A stretch of 64,000 nt of DNA from Lytechinus pictus (Eukaryota). The position numbers and the translations under genes are program-made. Numbering within the stretch: the stretch's first letter is position 1; each line of letters begins with the position of its first letter. This document shows, in pieces, positions 1-13,902 of the stretch. Location of the stretch: the NCBI RefSeq assembly GCF_037042905.1, contig NC_087252.1, forward strand, positions 6,698,001 through 6,762,000, written 5' to 3'. A model generated the notes under the pieces. That model ran no database searches. It worked only from the letters and a program-made list of their open reading frames with translations, and was not told where the DNA came from.

Positions 1-217
1 TTATTAGGATATGGGGTACCCTAGACATGATTTTTTTTATCGGAACTCGTGAACAACCACTTTGCCAGTAAAGCTCAAGCGATACAATCATGTATGAACT
101 AAATATTTAAATATTCAAAATGTTCATAATGTCACGAGTTTCAAGGCTAATAAACTTCTCTTTCTCGTGTGTTTCCGTATTTCGTTTATAAAAAGATATA
201 TCATCAAAAGAAGTTAC

Positions 218-399
218 CTTCTTAGAAGCAAGGAACTGCATTCCTTTAGCAACCTACCAAGCCAAGTTAAGTAGGGTATCCTCTTGAATACGAACACCGT
301 TTGGTTTGAGATTGCTGTATGTAGGTTGAGATTGCACCCCTGAAGTATGTAGATGGGTAAGTAGTGTACCCCCTGAGATAAACTCATACAGGATACTAC
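218..399 (-). pseudogene. Paralog A kinase exon (hinge to alphaE): GSILYEFISGGTLLTHLHTSG...LLNLAW*VAKGMQFLASKK
   Basis: ttgcag acceptor, gtaact donor, 182 bp like paralog exon 47298-47479; TAG at 254-256 where paralog B has CAG. Confidence 0.9.
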
Positions 400-579
400 C
401 TGCAAATTGGATAAATAATATATTGTAAAGAAAGGTAAACCCGGTGACATAATGTTATCTTTAGTTTTATGTGCATGGAATATAAAGTCCTGATTATGAA
501 ATGGAATGCATTGTTATTATGTCTCATATTTAGTATAAGAGAATTGTGACTAAAACCTTTTCAGTCTCTGTTAGTTCAA

Positions 580-1170
580 GTTCAGTTTCAAGTTTATTTC
601 AATTCTGCAAAACATTAGACATGTCATCAATTAAGTAACAATGAATTAACAATAATTAAAATGCATAACTGAGGTGATCTATTAAAAAGCACTGCTTGTA
701 AGGTCACCTGTAAAACATATATACAATGCTAAGGCAGAAGTTTAAGAAATAGAATAGAATTAAAAGAAGACGGCAGAGCTAGGAGGTATATCGAAAAGAA
801 GAAAGTGGAGACAGGAGAGGAGCGCTTAGATAAGAAAGGGTGGGGAAGGGGAGAATGAAATAACTTACAAATTTATGGCAAGTACCTACATGTAAATTCA
901 CAAAAACACGCCCGCACACACATGAGCTACTAAGAAAGATAATAATAAACATTACACATTAAAATATAATACCTACATAGAATATTATAGGCAAGACAGA
1001 GAGACATATACACAAAACACGTATAGTTCAATTAACAAGTTGTAGAAAAGTAACATTTACAAGGAGGATTTGTACTTCATCTTAAATGTTGATAATTTAC
1101 CGGTAGATGCAATATCAGAATACATTCCAAATACGGGGGCCACTGCGACGAATAGAATTTAGACTAAGTT
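580..1170 (-). mobile_element. Decayed 3' end of a CR1/L2-like LINE
   Basis: Minus strand near 1050-1170 reads roughly SIRRSGPRIWN...KLSTFKMKYKSSL, typical of the ORF2 C-terminus, followed by a T-rich 3' UTR and an aataaa-cttgaa-like tail at about 580. Confidence 0.5.
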
Positions 1171-1189
1171 GTTTTTTCGCTACAAAATA

Positions 1190-2315
1190 AACCCCTAAAA
1201 AAAGTTTGGAAATCTGTGTTTGGCCATTATTTTCTCCCAACTCCCAATTTAACACAATGCATTTTTTTACATCATTCAAAAATCATATAATTTTCTTTAA
1301 AATGATACCATGCTTGTTATGATAATGCCATCACGGAAAGAGCAGGATTCAAAAGTGTTGGATGAGGTCTGATGATGAGGTTTGGAAATCTGAGTTTGGC
1401 CATTAATTTCTCCCAACTCCCAATTTTAAACAATACATATTTGATATTATTCAAAAGATCATTTAATTCTCTTTAAAATTATATCATGCTTATTATGATC
1501 ATGCCATCACGAAAAGAGCAGTATTCAAAAGTGTTGGATGAGGACTGAATTGAAAAGCTGCAAAACGAGTAGAAATAGTCATGATGGGTCAATACAGAAC
1601 ATGATTATTTTGTTTGTGTCAATAGAGATGAAAATCCATTCAAATAAAGCCTCTGCTTCTGTAGTGATGGTTCTGTGAGATAACATGGTTTGAGTCGTGG
1701 TTTGAAATACATGCATGTGTGTTTGTTTGTTTGTTATGTGTTTGCTTGTGCAGTGGTGTGTTTGATTCCATGTTAATGTTGATGTTAAGGTGCATGAAAA
1801 CAATTCAAAGAAACCGCTGAGAAACTCACTCATCACCACTGAAAAAAGAACAGTGACATTCAATATTGCGTAATTTTGCAACTTTTGAAATTTGACCTTG
1901 CCCCACATTTCAAAGCACTGCACCTCCATATGAGCCATAATCACATCATGTATGGTATCATTTCAAAGAAAATTAAATCATATTTTCATTGATATTGATT
2001 ACACATTGATATTTACTCAAACCGATAAGGAATTATTGATCAAACTTAAAAGAAACCGCTGAGAAACTCACTCATTACTACGGAAAAAACAGTGACTTTC
2101 AATATTGTGTCATTTTGCAGCTTTTTAATTTTAACCTTGCCCCACATTTCAAGGCACTGCACCTCCATGTGAACCATAATAATATCATGTAGGGTATCAT
2201 TTTAAAGAAAATTAAATGTTCTATTTATTGATATTAGTTACCCATTGATATTTACTAAAACCGAGGAGAGATTATCGGTCAAAATCAGACTTCCAAACTT
2301 TTTTTGAGGAGTTTA
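1190..2315. mobile_element. Non-autonomous TIR element (MITE-like) with two internal tandem duplications
   Basis: Terminal inverted repeats aaaaaaagtttggaa(a/g)tctg at about 1197 and 2287-2308; direct repeats 1204/1380 and 1808/2050. Confidence 0.65.
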
Positions 2316-2316
2316 G

Positions 2317-3460
2317 GTTCGTTAATCCGAAGGTTCGTTAGTGCGATAATAAAAAAAAACATGTTTGGGGGGAAAACGAATGTTTCAAGAAAATCATGGT
2401 GTAATTAAAAAATAACATGATATTAGTGCAGTCATAGTTTCAGAGAAGGATTATACATGTTGTGATCAAAGCATGTATTGCATCAAGAATAGGCGCTTGG
2501 ATCAAACATGTGAAAATTCCCAAGGTAATTCCTTTTCTTTAGGGCAGGGGGGGGGGGGGGGCTGGGGTGTCATTTTTAACAGCTTCTGTTGGTTATGATA
2601 AAAAAATCCTATAGATAAAAAAGTGCCCTTAAAAAGGATTAAAAAATATTTTTTTGTGAAAATGAAATTTGCCCTTTTCGAAATTAAATACTTTTTTAAA
2701 GGTAAAACATAATACATTTCAGGTTAAAAAATCACATTTTTTGCCTGCACTTCACGCTCGCATCAGTTATTATGTAATAAGGTACCTACTCGCCCCTTTT
2801 CTGGTTATAAGAATGCTTATAGTGTCAAGTTTTCTGGTGGAATATCATTAATTTTCAGCTCGCGCCTCATGCTCGCGTTAATTTTTTTGTTAGATACTCA
2901 TCTTTTTCATGATTATGAGAACTGCTCGGAATGTTTCATTTCTATTTCTTATTGAAGTGTCCAAAAGCTTGAGCTGTCAATTAGCGCTTGCAACACCTCG
3001 CGCGAGATGCCCTTTTAACAGTATGGTTTAATTAGACCGATAATTGACCAAAAATCGAGTTTTAGAACTTCAGATTAAAAAAAATCAAAACCGAGTAAAA
3101 AAGTCTTCATATATATTTTCGGATAAACGAACCTTATTTCATTTTCGGATTATCGAACCTTTGGAATAACGAATCCTATTTCGTTTTCGGATTAACGAGC
3201 CTTCATAATACGAACCTTATTTCGTTTACGGACTAAGGAACCTTCGGAATATAGGACCTTAATTTTGTTTTCAGTTTAACGAACCTTCGGAATAACGAAC
3301 CTTATTCTATTTTCGGATCAACGAAGATTCGTTATTCTGAAGCGTCGGGATAACGCCACAAATATTTGGATCAACGACAGATTTTTTGTTTTCAGATTAA
3401 TGAACATATAATAGAGGTATAGGCAAGTTGCATGTTTTAGAATAACGAAGTGTTTGCCCA
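2317..3460. repeat. Repeat element built from ttcggaataacgaacc-type subrepeats
   Basis: About 10 degenerate ttcgga(a/t)taacgaacctt units at 3115-3450 and inverted copies at 2317-2345. Confidence 0.6.
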
Positions 3461-3530
3461 AATCAAATTGTAATAATTGAGTGAATTATACAACATAACT
3501 AATTGTTTTTCAGGCAAAGCAGCACGCAAT

Positions 3531-3690
3531 TTATACAGAATACCTAGTTTCAGAAACCTCACTACAAATTTTCATGCGATGTTCAGAAAAGGTTAAATGC
3601 TCGTCTAATTTAACACCAAGAAAATGTACACCTTTGGAGACTTTCAATTGTTTACCGTAGGTGTATTTATTGATATTAATATTAAGTGCT
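3531..3690 (-). mobile_element. CR1/L2-like LINE ORF2 fragment (end of RT)
   Basis: VHFLGVKLDEHLTFSEHRMKICSEVS matches the FLGVxLDxxLxFxxHIxxIC motif of non-LTR ORF2. Confidence 0.7.
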
Positions 3691-3840
3691 GTCGCATCAT
3701 GAAACTTAAACATGTGCTCTTTCCCATCTTCCTTAAAGCTACAAATCTCTCTCCCGATACTGATTTTTACAAATATATTAAATGATACTTTCACTGACTT
3801 TTAAACATTATTTATTTAATTATCTAAATAATTCACATAC

Positions 3841-3945
3841 CTTGTTCTTTACAATATCCGAGACATTTGGCAATATTTGGTTGATCCGATAGCTTGTAAA
3901 GAACCTCAATCGCTTGAAGTACTTGTGATGAATTTGTGACGCGAT
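3841..3945 (-). pseudogene. Paralog A kinase exon (alphaC-beta4): RVTNSSQVLQAIEVLYKLSDQPNIAKCLGYCKEQ
   Basis: AG/GT boundaries, phase 1-1, 105 bp, homologous to 48124-48228. Confidence 0.9.
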
Positions 3946-4559
3946 CTAAGATTAGAAAAGCCACCACAAGTACCATTTTAATATTTTCAAACAGATTTGA
4001 CAAGGGCAGATCCAGGAATAGAAAAGGGACACAATTTTAAAAAGACAAGTAAGGGGGATGTTCAATTCAATTAATTAGCAAGTGGAGCCTCTGGCAGTCT
4101 CACCTGCATCACAAGATTCAATATAGCAGCGGTGCTGACTTTGAAAACTACTATAAAATAATTATTCACAAAAACATCATTTATAAAACGATACAATACT
4201 ATGTTCATTGACAATAAATGACATTTGACCTTGATCATGCGACCTAAGACTTGTCAGTAATACTTGATTACCCCTATATTCACATTTTATAAAATATATC
4301 TATAAACTTTGAAAAATATTACAGCAATCCAATCATTACCTCCAAATGGCCAAAGATCGATGACCCTAAATGACCTTTAACTTTGGTCATGTGACCTGAA
4401 ACTCGCACAGGGTGTTCAGTGATACTTGATTAGTCTTATGTCCATTATTATGAACTAGACCAATAAATATGGCACGCCCATAGGGAAACAATTATATATT
4501 TATTTCACTTGAAAAGAATATGTTTCTCTTCCACTAAACCATTTCACTCAAAGAAATTT

Positions 4560-4985
4560 ATATTTCACTTTTCCAAAAAAATATATTTCACTTTTCAAAA
4601 AAAAAAATATTTCACTTTTCCAAAAAAATATATTTCACTTTTCAAGAAAAATATATTTCACTTAAAAAAAAAATATATTTCACTTAAAAAAAAAATATGT
4701 TTCACTTTTAAAAAATATATATTTCACTTTTCAAAAAAAAGATATTTCACTTTTTCAAAAAAATATATTTCACTTTTCAAAAAAAATTATATTTCGCTTT
4801 CCAAAAAAATATATTTCACTTTTCAAAAAAAATATATTTCAATTTTCCAAAAAACATATTTCACTTTTCAAAAAAAATATATTTCACTTTTCCGAAAAAT
4901 ATATTTCACTTTTCAAAAAAATATATTTCACTTTTCCAAAAAAATATATTTCACTTTTGAAACAAAAATATTTCACTTTTCAACA
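4560..4985 (+). repeat. About 21-bp minisatellite tatatttcacttttcaaaaaaa in the foldback arm (mirror at about 10030-10490)
   Basis: About 20 tandem units seen directly. Confidence 0.9.
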
Positions 4986-5159
4986 ATTTTTTTTTTTTTG
5001 AGAGAGAAAACAAATCCTTTCACTTTTGTTGGATAACACATGCGGCTGCCGTATTCGACCGTACGTAGAATTCATCTATCTACCTACATGATATATCTAT
5101 CTATCTATCACTCTGCCTAATATATATCTATCTGTTTAAATATGTCTATCTATCCATCT

Positions 5160-5798
5160 TACCATGTCCATGCTCATGTCCTCATGTTCAAATTTATGAT
5201 GTGTACTTAAAGCTCAGGAAATTGCGGATTGGTAAAGCTGGATTAACTAATGACCTACCTCTCAGAATCTTGAAAGAATTTGCATATGAATTGTGTGTAC
5301 CTTTAACTGATTTGATCAACCTATCATTCCAAACGGGAATAGTACCACAACAATGGAAAGAAGCTCAAATAACCCCAATTCCGAAATCATTACCGGCAAT
5401 CATTAACAATCTCAGACCAATCGCATTAACAAGTCAATTTGCTAAAATTGCAGAATCTTTTATAGCCAAATGGCTTCTTAAAGATATCACTGACAAAATT
5501 GACTCACGACAATTCGGAAACCGCTCTGGTTTTTCGACCACTCATTATCTTGTGAGTTTGCTCCACAAAATGTATGAGAATGGCGAAAAGAGCAAGAGTC
5601 TATCCACATTTGTGTGTACTGATTGCCTAAGTATTCTTGCCTATACACATATTTCTCATGTCAGTTTTTACAAAGGTGTACTGCTTTTTATGTTTGAAAT
5701 ATGTAATGAGTCTTTTAATTGTTTTTACTTTGTATACATGACCAATTCAGCCATTTGGCTGCGACTCATGTTTTTAATAAACCTTGATTTGAATTGAA
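5160..5798 (+). mobile_element. Internally deleted CR1/L2-like LINE (RT N-terminal part plus 3' UTR)
   Basis: PLTDLINLSFQTGIVPQQWKEAQITPIPK...NLRPIALTS...RQFG..STTH is a non-LTR RT motif set. Ends aataaa...ttgaattgaa. Absent from the mirror arm. Confidence 0.85.
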
Positions 5799-6484
5799 TA
5801 TATCTGTCTGTCTGTTTATCTATCTATCTCTCAAACTATTTATTTTTCTATCTATCTGTCTAATAATTATCTGATTAAATATGTCTGTCTATCTATCTAC
5901 GAATCTATATATCTGTCTGTCTGTCTCTTTATCTATATATCTATCTAATATTTTTAATATGTCTGTATATCTGTTTATTTATCAATCAGTCAATCTATCT
6001 ATCTATCTATCTATCTTATTATTTATCTGTCTTTTTATCTATCTGCCTATTTATCTTTATCTATCTATCTTATGTCTATCTGTTCAAAATATGTATGTCT
6101 ATCTGTATGTCTACCTTTCATCTTTCAATCTAATATCTATTGATCTGTTCAAATAATCATGTCTGTTTATTCAACTGTTTATCTATTTGATATATATCTA
6201 TTAAATATGTTTAATGTTATTATATCTGTCTATCTATCAATAAATATATCGACCTATTTTCTCTCTATCTATACATCTATCCATCTATTTATCTATCTGT
6301 GTATGTACCTATGTATCTATCTGTCTCTGAATCTATGTTTATATCAAATATATCATAATCACCGTTATCATCATCATCATATTTGCCATCAATCATTATC
6401 AGCATCATCCTCCTCATCATCGTATATTTTTTTGTCAATCAATATCTATCTAATGTCTGTCTATCTATCTAATACCTATTTTCT

Positions 6485-6554
<70 letters not shown>

Positions 6555-9500
6555 ATTAATATATATCTATCTTCTATTAATCTATCCACCTATCATTTAT
6601 CCCTCCATCCATCCATCTATTTATCTATCTTTCTTATATGTATCTGTTTAAATATGTATGTCTATCTGTCTGTCTATTTATCTTTCATACTTATATCCAC
6701 TCATTTGTTTAAATAATTATGTCTGTTTATCTATTTATCTACGACAGACCACCTAATTCGTTCGCACGACGAATTAAAATCTAGTTTCACTTGTTACATT
6801 TTAAAGCTGAGAGAAAACAAATCCTTTCACTTTTGTTGGATAACACATACGACGGCTGCCGTATTAGACCGTACGTAAAGTTCATTCCTCACGTAAAATC
6901 CATTCCTCTCGCTACGAAAAACATTTCCCTCTTGTTGCAAAATTCATTTCACTCAATTGCAAAAAATACGTTCCTCTTTTTTCTCGGCCTGTAGGCTTCA
7001 TTGTTGGTGGGAAATAGAGATGGTTGCAACATTTTCGCTGTGCTGAGGGGAGAAATCATGAAAGCGGTTGCAACTCACAAAATGACAAGGATATGGGGAT
7101 ATCAGCGAACGCAATTACGTCACTTTCCCACGTGCACGAGAATGCACCACGAGGTGGGACCATGAACACAAAACGTAAAGTTTGATTTTATTGCTGATTA
7201 TGCACAATAGCCAGTGCAATCAGCTGTTGCATTCTGCCCTACGATCAATCACTAACCTTAGCACGGTCTGGCTATACGTTTTGTAGGCATGGGGCATGAA
7301 TACTTAATACATACAATATCTACAGAGCTGAATGGTCAAGGTAAGTGTTGAAATTTCCCTTTTCTCCATTCCGTCTGTCTTTTACTTCATTGACATACGA
7401 TGATCGTAATGATTGATGAAATGAAGCTTACAAAAATCTACAATTCACTGGTCAACTCGCTTGTACCTGCACTGCAAAACCAAATTCTCTCCAGTTTGTC
7501 CGATACATGAATGGGGGGTTTTCCAATGCTACTCTCAGAACGGGCAGTACTTCACCGTCTTTTGAACAGACATGAAAAGTGAGTATACGGGACTGATGTT
7601 GAGTGATGACGTCATCGCTCAACCCTAAAAAAATTGGTGTTAGCCGAGAATGTCCACCGAAAGCGATGACGACTTCACCCATTCAGTCATGTATGCTTTA
7701 CCGCTTATGTCTGGTTTGAAGCACTCATCCTACAAACGAGGTTATAATGGTTTGAAGAAGCACTGGCACTGCCGTGACAAAATGGTGAGAATTTGGTTTT
7801 GCAACGCAAGTACAAGCGAGTTGACCAGTGAAATGTAGCCTTTTGTATGCTTCATTTCTTCGATCATCGCGATTATCGTATGTCAATGAAGTAAAAGACA
7901 GACGGAATTGAGAAAAGGGAAATTTCAACACCTTGTCCATTTAGCTCCGGAGATAGTGTAGTGCCATGCGTGGAGCTATTCATGCTTCATATCATGCCCA
8001 CAAAACGTTAGTGATTGATCGTAGGGCAGAATACAACAGCTGATTGCACTGACTATTGTGCATAATCAGCGATAAAATCAAACTTTATGTTTTGTGTTCA
8101 TGGGCCCACCTCGTGGTGTATTCTCGGGCACGCGTACGTGGGAAAGTGTCGTAATTGGGTTCGCTGGTATCCCCATATCCTTGTCATTTTGTGTGTTGCA
8201 ACCGGATTCATGATTTCTCCCCTCAGCACAGCGAACATTTTGCAACCATCTCTGTTACCTCGTCCTGCCAACAATGATGTGCGCCGCCTACAGGCCGAGA
8301 AAAAAGAGGAACGTATTTTTTTGCAATTGAGTGAAATGAATTTTGCAACAAGAGTGAAATGTTTTTCGTAGCGAGAGGAATGGATTTTACGTGAGGAATG
8401 AACTTTACGTACGGTCTAATACGGCAGCCGTCGTATATGTTATCCAACAAAAGTGAAAGGATTTGTTTTCTCTCAGATTTAAAATGTAACAAGTGAAACT
8501 AGATTTTAATTCGTCGTGCGGACGAATTAGGTGGTCTGTCGTAAATAAATAGATAAACAGACATAATTATTTAAACAAATGAGTGGATTAATAAGTATGA
8601 AAGATAAATAGACAGACAGATAGACATACATATTTAAACAGATAAATATTAGAAAGATAGATAAATAGATTGATAGATGGAAGGAGAGATAAAAGATAGG
8701 TGGATAGATTAATAGAAGATAGATAGATATATATTAAAAGATAGATAGATATAAACAGATAAATAAGTATTAGATATATAGACATTAGATAGATATTGAT
8801 TGACGATAAAAAATACGATGATGAGAAGGATGATGCTGATAATGATTGATGGCAAATATGATGATGATAACGGTGATTATGATATGATATACACATAGAT
8901 TCAGAGACAGATAGATACATAGGTACATACGCAGATAGATAAATAGATGGATAGATATATAGATAGAGAGAAAATAGATCGATATATTTATTGATAGATA
9001 GACAGATAGAATAACATATTAAACAGATTTAATAGATACATATTAAATAGATAAACAGACATGATTATTTAAACAGATCAATAGATATTAGATTGAAAGA
9101 TAAAAGGTAGACATACAGATAGACTTACATATTTGCACAGATAGACATATTAGATAGATAGATAGATAAAGATAAATAGGCAGATAGATAGAAAGACAGA
9201 TATACAGACATTTAAACAGCCGGATAAATCATTAGATAGATAGATATATAGATTGATTGATGAATAAACAGATATACAGACATATTAAAAGAAATAAATA
9301 GATATTAGATAGATAGATAGATAGATAAAGAGACAGACAGATAGATGGATAGATAGATATGTAGAAAGATAGACATATTTAAACAGATAGACATATATTA
9401 GGCAGAGAGATAGATATATAAAGATAAATAGGCAGATAGATAGAAAGACAGATATACAGACATTTAAACACCTAGATAAATCATTAGATAGATGGAAAGA

Positions 9501-11904
9501 TAGACAGATAATTATAAGACAGATAGATAGAAAAATAAATAGTTCGAGAGATAGACAGACAGATAGATGGATAGAAAGATAGACATATTTAAACAGATAG
9601 ATATATATTAGGCAGATTAAGATCGACATATTTAAACAGATAATATATCTATCTGTTTAAATATGTCGATCTTTCTATCTATCTATCTATCCATCTATCT
9701 GTCTGTCTATTTATCTATCTATCTCTCGAACTATTTATATTTCTATCTATCTGTCTAATAAGTATCTGTTTAAATATGTCTGTCTATCTATCTACGAATC
9801 TATCTGTCTGTCTGTATGTCTCTCTATCTATCTATCTATCTATCTAACAGGCAGAGAGATAGGTAGATAGATAGATATAATAATGTAGGTAGATAGATAG
9901 ATAGATGGATTTTACGCACGGTCTAATACGGCAGCCACATGTGTTATCCAACAAAAGTGAAAGGATTTGTTTTCTCTCAAAATTAAAATGTAACAAGTGA
10001 AATGATTCTTCGTCGAACAAAAATATTTTCTTTTTGAAATATATTTTTTTGAAAAGTGAAATATATTTATTTGAAAAGTGAAATATATATATTTTTTTTA
10101 AAGTGAAATAATTTTTTTTTTAAAGCGAAATATATTTTTTATTTGAAAAGTGAAATTTATTTTTTTTGAAAAGTGAAATATATTTTTTTGAAAAGTGAAA
10201 TAGATATTTTTTGAAAAGTGAAATATATTTTTTTGAAAAGTGAAATATAATTTTTGGAAAAGTGAAATATATTTTTTTGAAAAGTGAAATATATTTTTTT
10301 GAAAAGTGAAATATATTTTTTTGGAAAAGTGAAACATATTTTTTTGAAAAGTGAAATATATTTTTTTGGAAAAGTGAAACATTTTTTGGAAAAGTGAAAT
10401 ATATTTTTTTGGAAAAGTGAAATATATATTTTTTATGTAAGTAAAATATATTTTTTTATAAAGTGGAATACATTTTTAAAAGTGAAATATAAATTTCTTT
10501 GAGTGAAATGGTTTAGTGGAAGAGAAACATATTTTTTTCAAGTGAAATATATATTTAATTGATTCCCTATAAGCGTGCCATAAATAATCTTTCAAAGTTA
10601 AGATGTTAATTCAACAAATACCCCTAACTTGGCCAAAGTTCATTGACCTTAAATGACCTTTGATCTTGATAATGTGACCTGAAACCCACACAGGATGTTC
10701 AGTGATACTCGATTATTCTTATGTCCAAGTTTCATGAATCAAATCCATAAACTTTCAGAGTTATGATGGTATTTCAACATATACCCCCAACATGACCAAA
10801 GTTCATTGACCTTTGACCTTAGTCATGTGACCTGATATTCGCACTAGCTGTTCAGTGATGATTGATTGCTCTTATGTCTAAGTTTCATGACTAGACCAAA
10901 AAAAATTAAGTTATGATGGTAATTCAACAAATACCCCCAACTTGGCCAAAGTTCATCGACCCTAAATGACCTTTGATCTTGGGCATGTGACTTGAAACTC
11001 TAGCAGGATGTTAAGTAATACTTGGTTAACTTTATGTTAAATTTTTATGAACTAGGTTTCTATATTTTTTAGGTTATGATGTCATTTTAAAAACTTAACC
11101 TTAGGTTAAGAGTTTGATGTTGATCCCCCAACATGGTCTAAGTTCATTGACCCTAAATGAGTTTTGACCTTGGTCATGTGGCATGAAACTCAGGCAGGAT
11201 GTTTAATAATACTTGATTGACCTTATGTCTAGGTTTCATGAACTGGGTTTATATTTAAGTTACGGTGTCATTTTAAAAACTTAACCTTTGGTTATATTTG
11301 GTGTTGACGTCGCCGCCGCCGTCGGAAGAGTGGCGCCATAGTGTCACTCTGCTTTGCAAGTGAGACAAATATGTATTTTCTTCCGATTGACATTTCGATA
11401 ATCTACATATAAAATAAACAAAGGATATCATGAATATAGTACAAATGAATTAAAGTAAAAAAATAAAAAAAAGTATGTAAATTATGTACATGGAAGAAGC
11501 CGTTAAAACCAGAAAACAGGTGCTTTTGTAGGGATATTCATATATGCCTGTAAAACTATGTGACGAATGTTGGCAATCCTTGTCTGGAGTACTTTTCCAT
11601 CACCAATATCTGGGCATGCAAAAGTAAAAATCGAAAGGATATACTTCTTCAAAACGAGGCACCCCCTTCCATCCTTCCCATGTTAGCATTGTTGATTGAA
11701 TTAAAGTGTAGGGGAGGCCAGCCGCAAAAAAAATTTTTTGATTTGTAGCGGTGTGCTTTCCAATCTACATATTCAGAATGACATCCTACAATCATTAGGT
11801 AATAATGAAATTAAATCTTTATTTAGATGACAAATTAATCATGACCTTTTCAAGATACAGTAGTTTGGATTTCTGTTATGGTTGCATGCAAATGACGCAA
11901 TCAC

Positions 11905-12072
11905 CTGGTATTTGCCTGATAGCAACGTCGAGATGGTTTTGTTTTGAGCGGAGGTCTCCTTTCCATACCATGCCGAAGTCACCACCCCCAATCGAGCCAA
12001 GTCTGGTGAAGAATGTCACGTTTTCACGAGCAATGACGAAGGAGTGGGGATCAAGTTTTAACGCTGTGTATG
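11905..12072 (-). pseudogene. Paralog A kinase exon (Gly loop, beta3): YTALKLDPH...IGGGDFGMVWKGDLRSKQNHLDVAIRQIP
   Basis: GxGxFGxV motif; AG/GT boundaries; homologous to 48652-48822. Confidence 0.92.
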
Positions 12073-12561
12073 CTACATTTTTTGAAGAAACATATTTATT
12101 ATACTTATTGCCATACTTGAAAGGTTAAATCCAAGCAATAAATTAAATCAAAAGCAAGACCAATATTTGATGATATACAATGACCGTCCACGAGAAGTTC
12201 AATACTTCCGGAACATTTGAAATTAATATGCTATATTTGACATGAATTCATGCAACTCAAACAATTATTTTGTATTAGATTCGACACAAGAAAGAATACA
12301 CAGAAAAAAGTATTTTGGAATATTTATTTTGGCTTTCATGATTAGGAATTAACAATATATTCCTCAGTTTACGTTATAATTTGAATTAAATTAATCACTG
12401 ACCAGAGTTTATGAGTGAGTGACTATCAGGATGTGTTGAGGTACAATTTGGTAGAAGTAAAACAAAACAGATTTTGAGAATATGATCTCGGAAATGCAGG
12501 GCTTAAAATCAAAATAATATGTTAATACAATTGAATTACAATTTCTAGAATGACTTGTTAC

Positions 12562-12632
12562 CTCGATCACCGCTTTGAACCATCTCATAAGCCACGTTGT
12601 CATTCACCTCCAATGGTTTATTTTCTTCCACT
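12562..12632 (-). pseudogene. Paralog A juxtamembrane exon: VEENKPLEVNDNVAYEMVQSGDR
   Basis: 71 bp, phase 2-1, homologous to 49544-49614. Confidence 0.85.
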
Positions 12633-12784
12633 CTGTAGAGAAAGAATGATCGGTCCATTTCATTTCGTAATTTCAACACATAAAATACCAAATAGCTTGT
12701 TTAAAGCAATTTCAAGGCATTCCATTGTAGAAATATAATCTCTCTCTCTCAATATCTTTATGTCTCTCTCCACACCCACCCCCC

Positions 12785-12883
12785 ACAGACAGACAGACAG
12801 ACAGACAGACACACACACACACACCCTCTCACACACACACACGCACCCACCCACCCACCCACACACACACACCCTCACACACC

Positions 12884-12967
<84 letters not shown>
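12785..12967. repeat. Compound microsatellite (CAGA)n(CA)n(TA)n
   Basis: Seen directly. Confidence 0.95.

Positions 12968-13902
<935 letters not shown>

Larger units (their letters stand above)
4468..10582. mobile_element. Foldback (near-palindromic) non-autonomous DNA element, about 6.1 kb
   Basis: Ends tatggcacgc / gcgtgccata. Arms about 4468-7500 and 7776-10582 are reverse complements (mirror ORFs 6791+ and 8223- are nearly identical). Confidence 0.9.
4077..11368. mobile_element. Helentron/DINE-like non-autonomous repeat with internal tandem units, split by the foldback element
   Basis: Starts caagtggagcctctggcagtctcacctgcat and ends tgcaagtgagacaa (subterminal inverted pair). Tandem 150-190 bp units containing atgacctttgaccttggtcatgtgacctgaaac at 4200-4460 and 10583-11280. 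Family assignment is inference. Confidence 0.6.

Noticed and set aside
254..256. Stop-codon readthrough or A-to-I rescue of the two CAG-to-TAG stops
   Set aside because: A third stop (TAA) and the missing ATG make ordinary C-to-T decay the simpler explanation.
7501..7775. Transposase or zinc-finger remnant in the foldback spacer
   Set aside because: Short ORFs and splice-like signals are present, but no motif is convincing in any single frame.
4509..10382. Long ORFs rich in K/Y/I/F/S/L (4509, 5881, 6159, 8588, 9285, 10098)
   Set aside because: They are translations of minisatellite and TATC tracts in the foldback arms.
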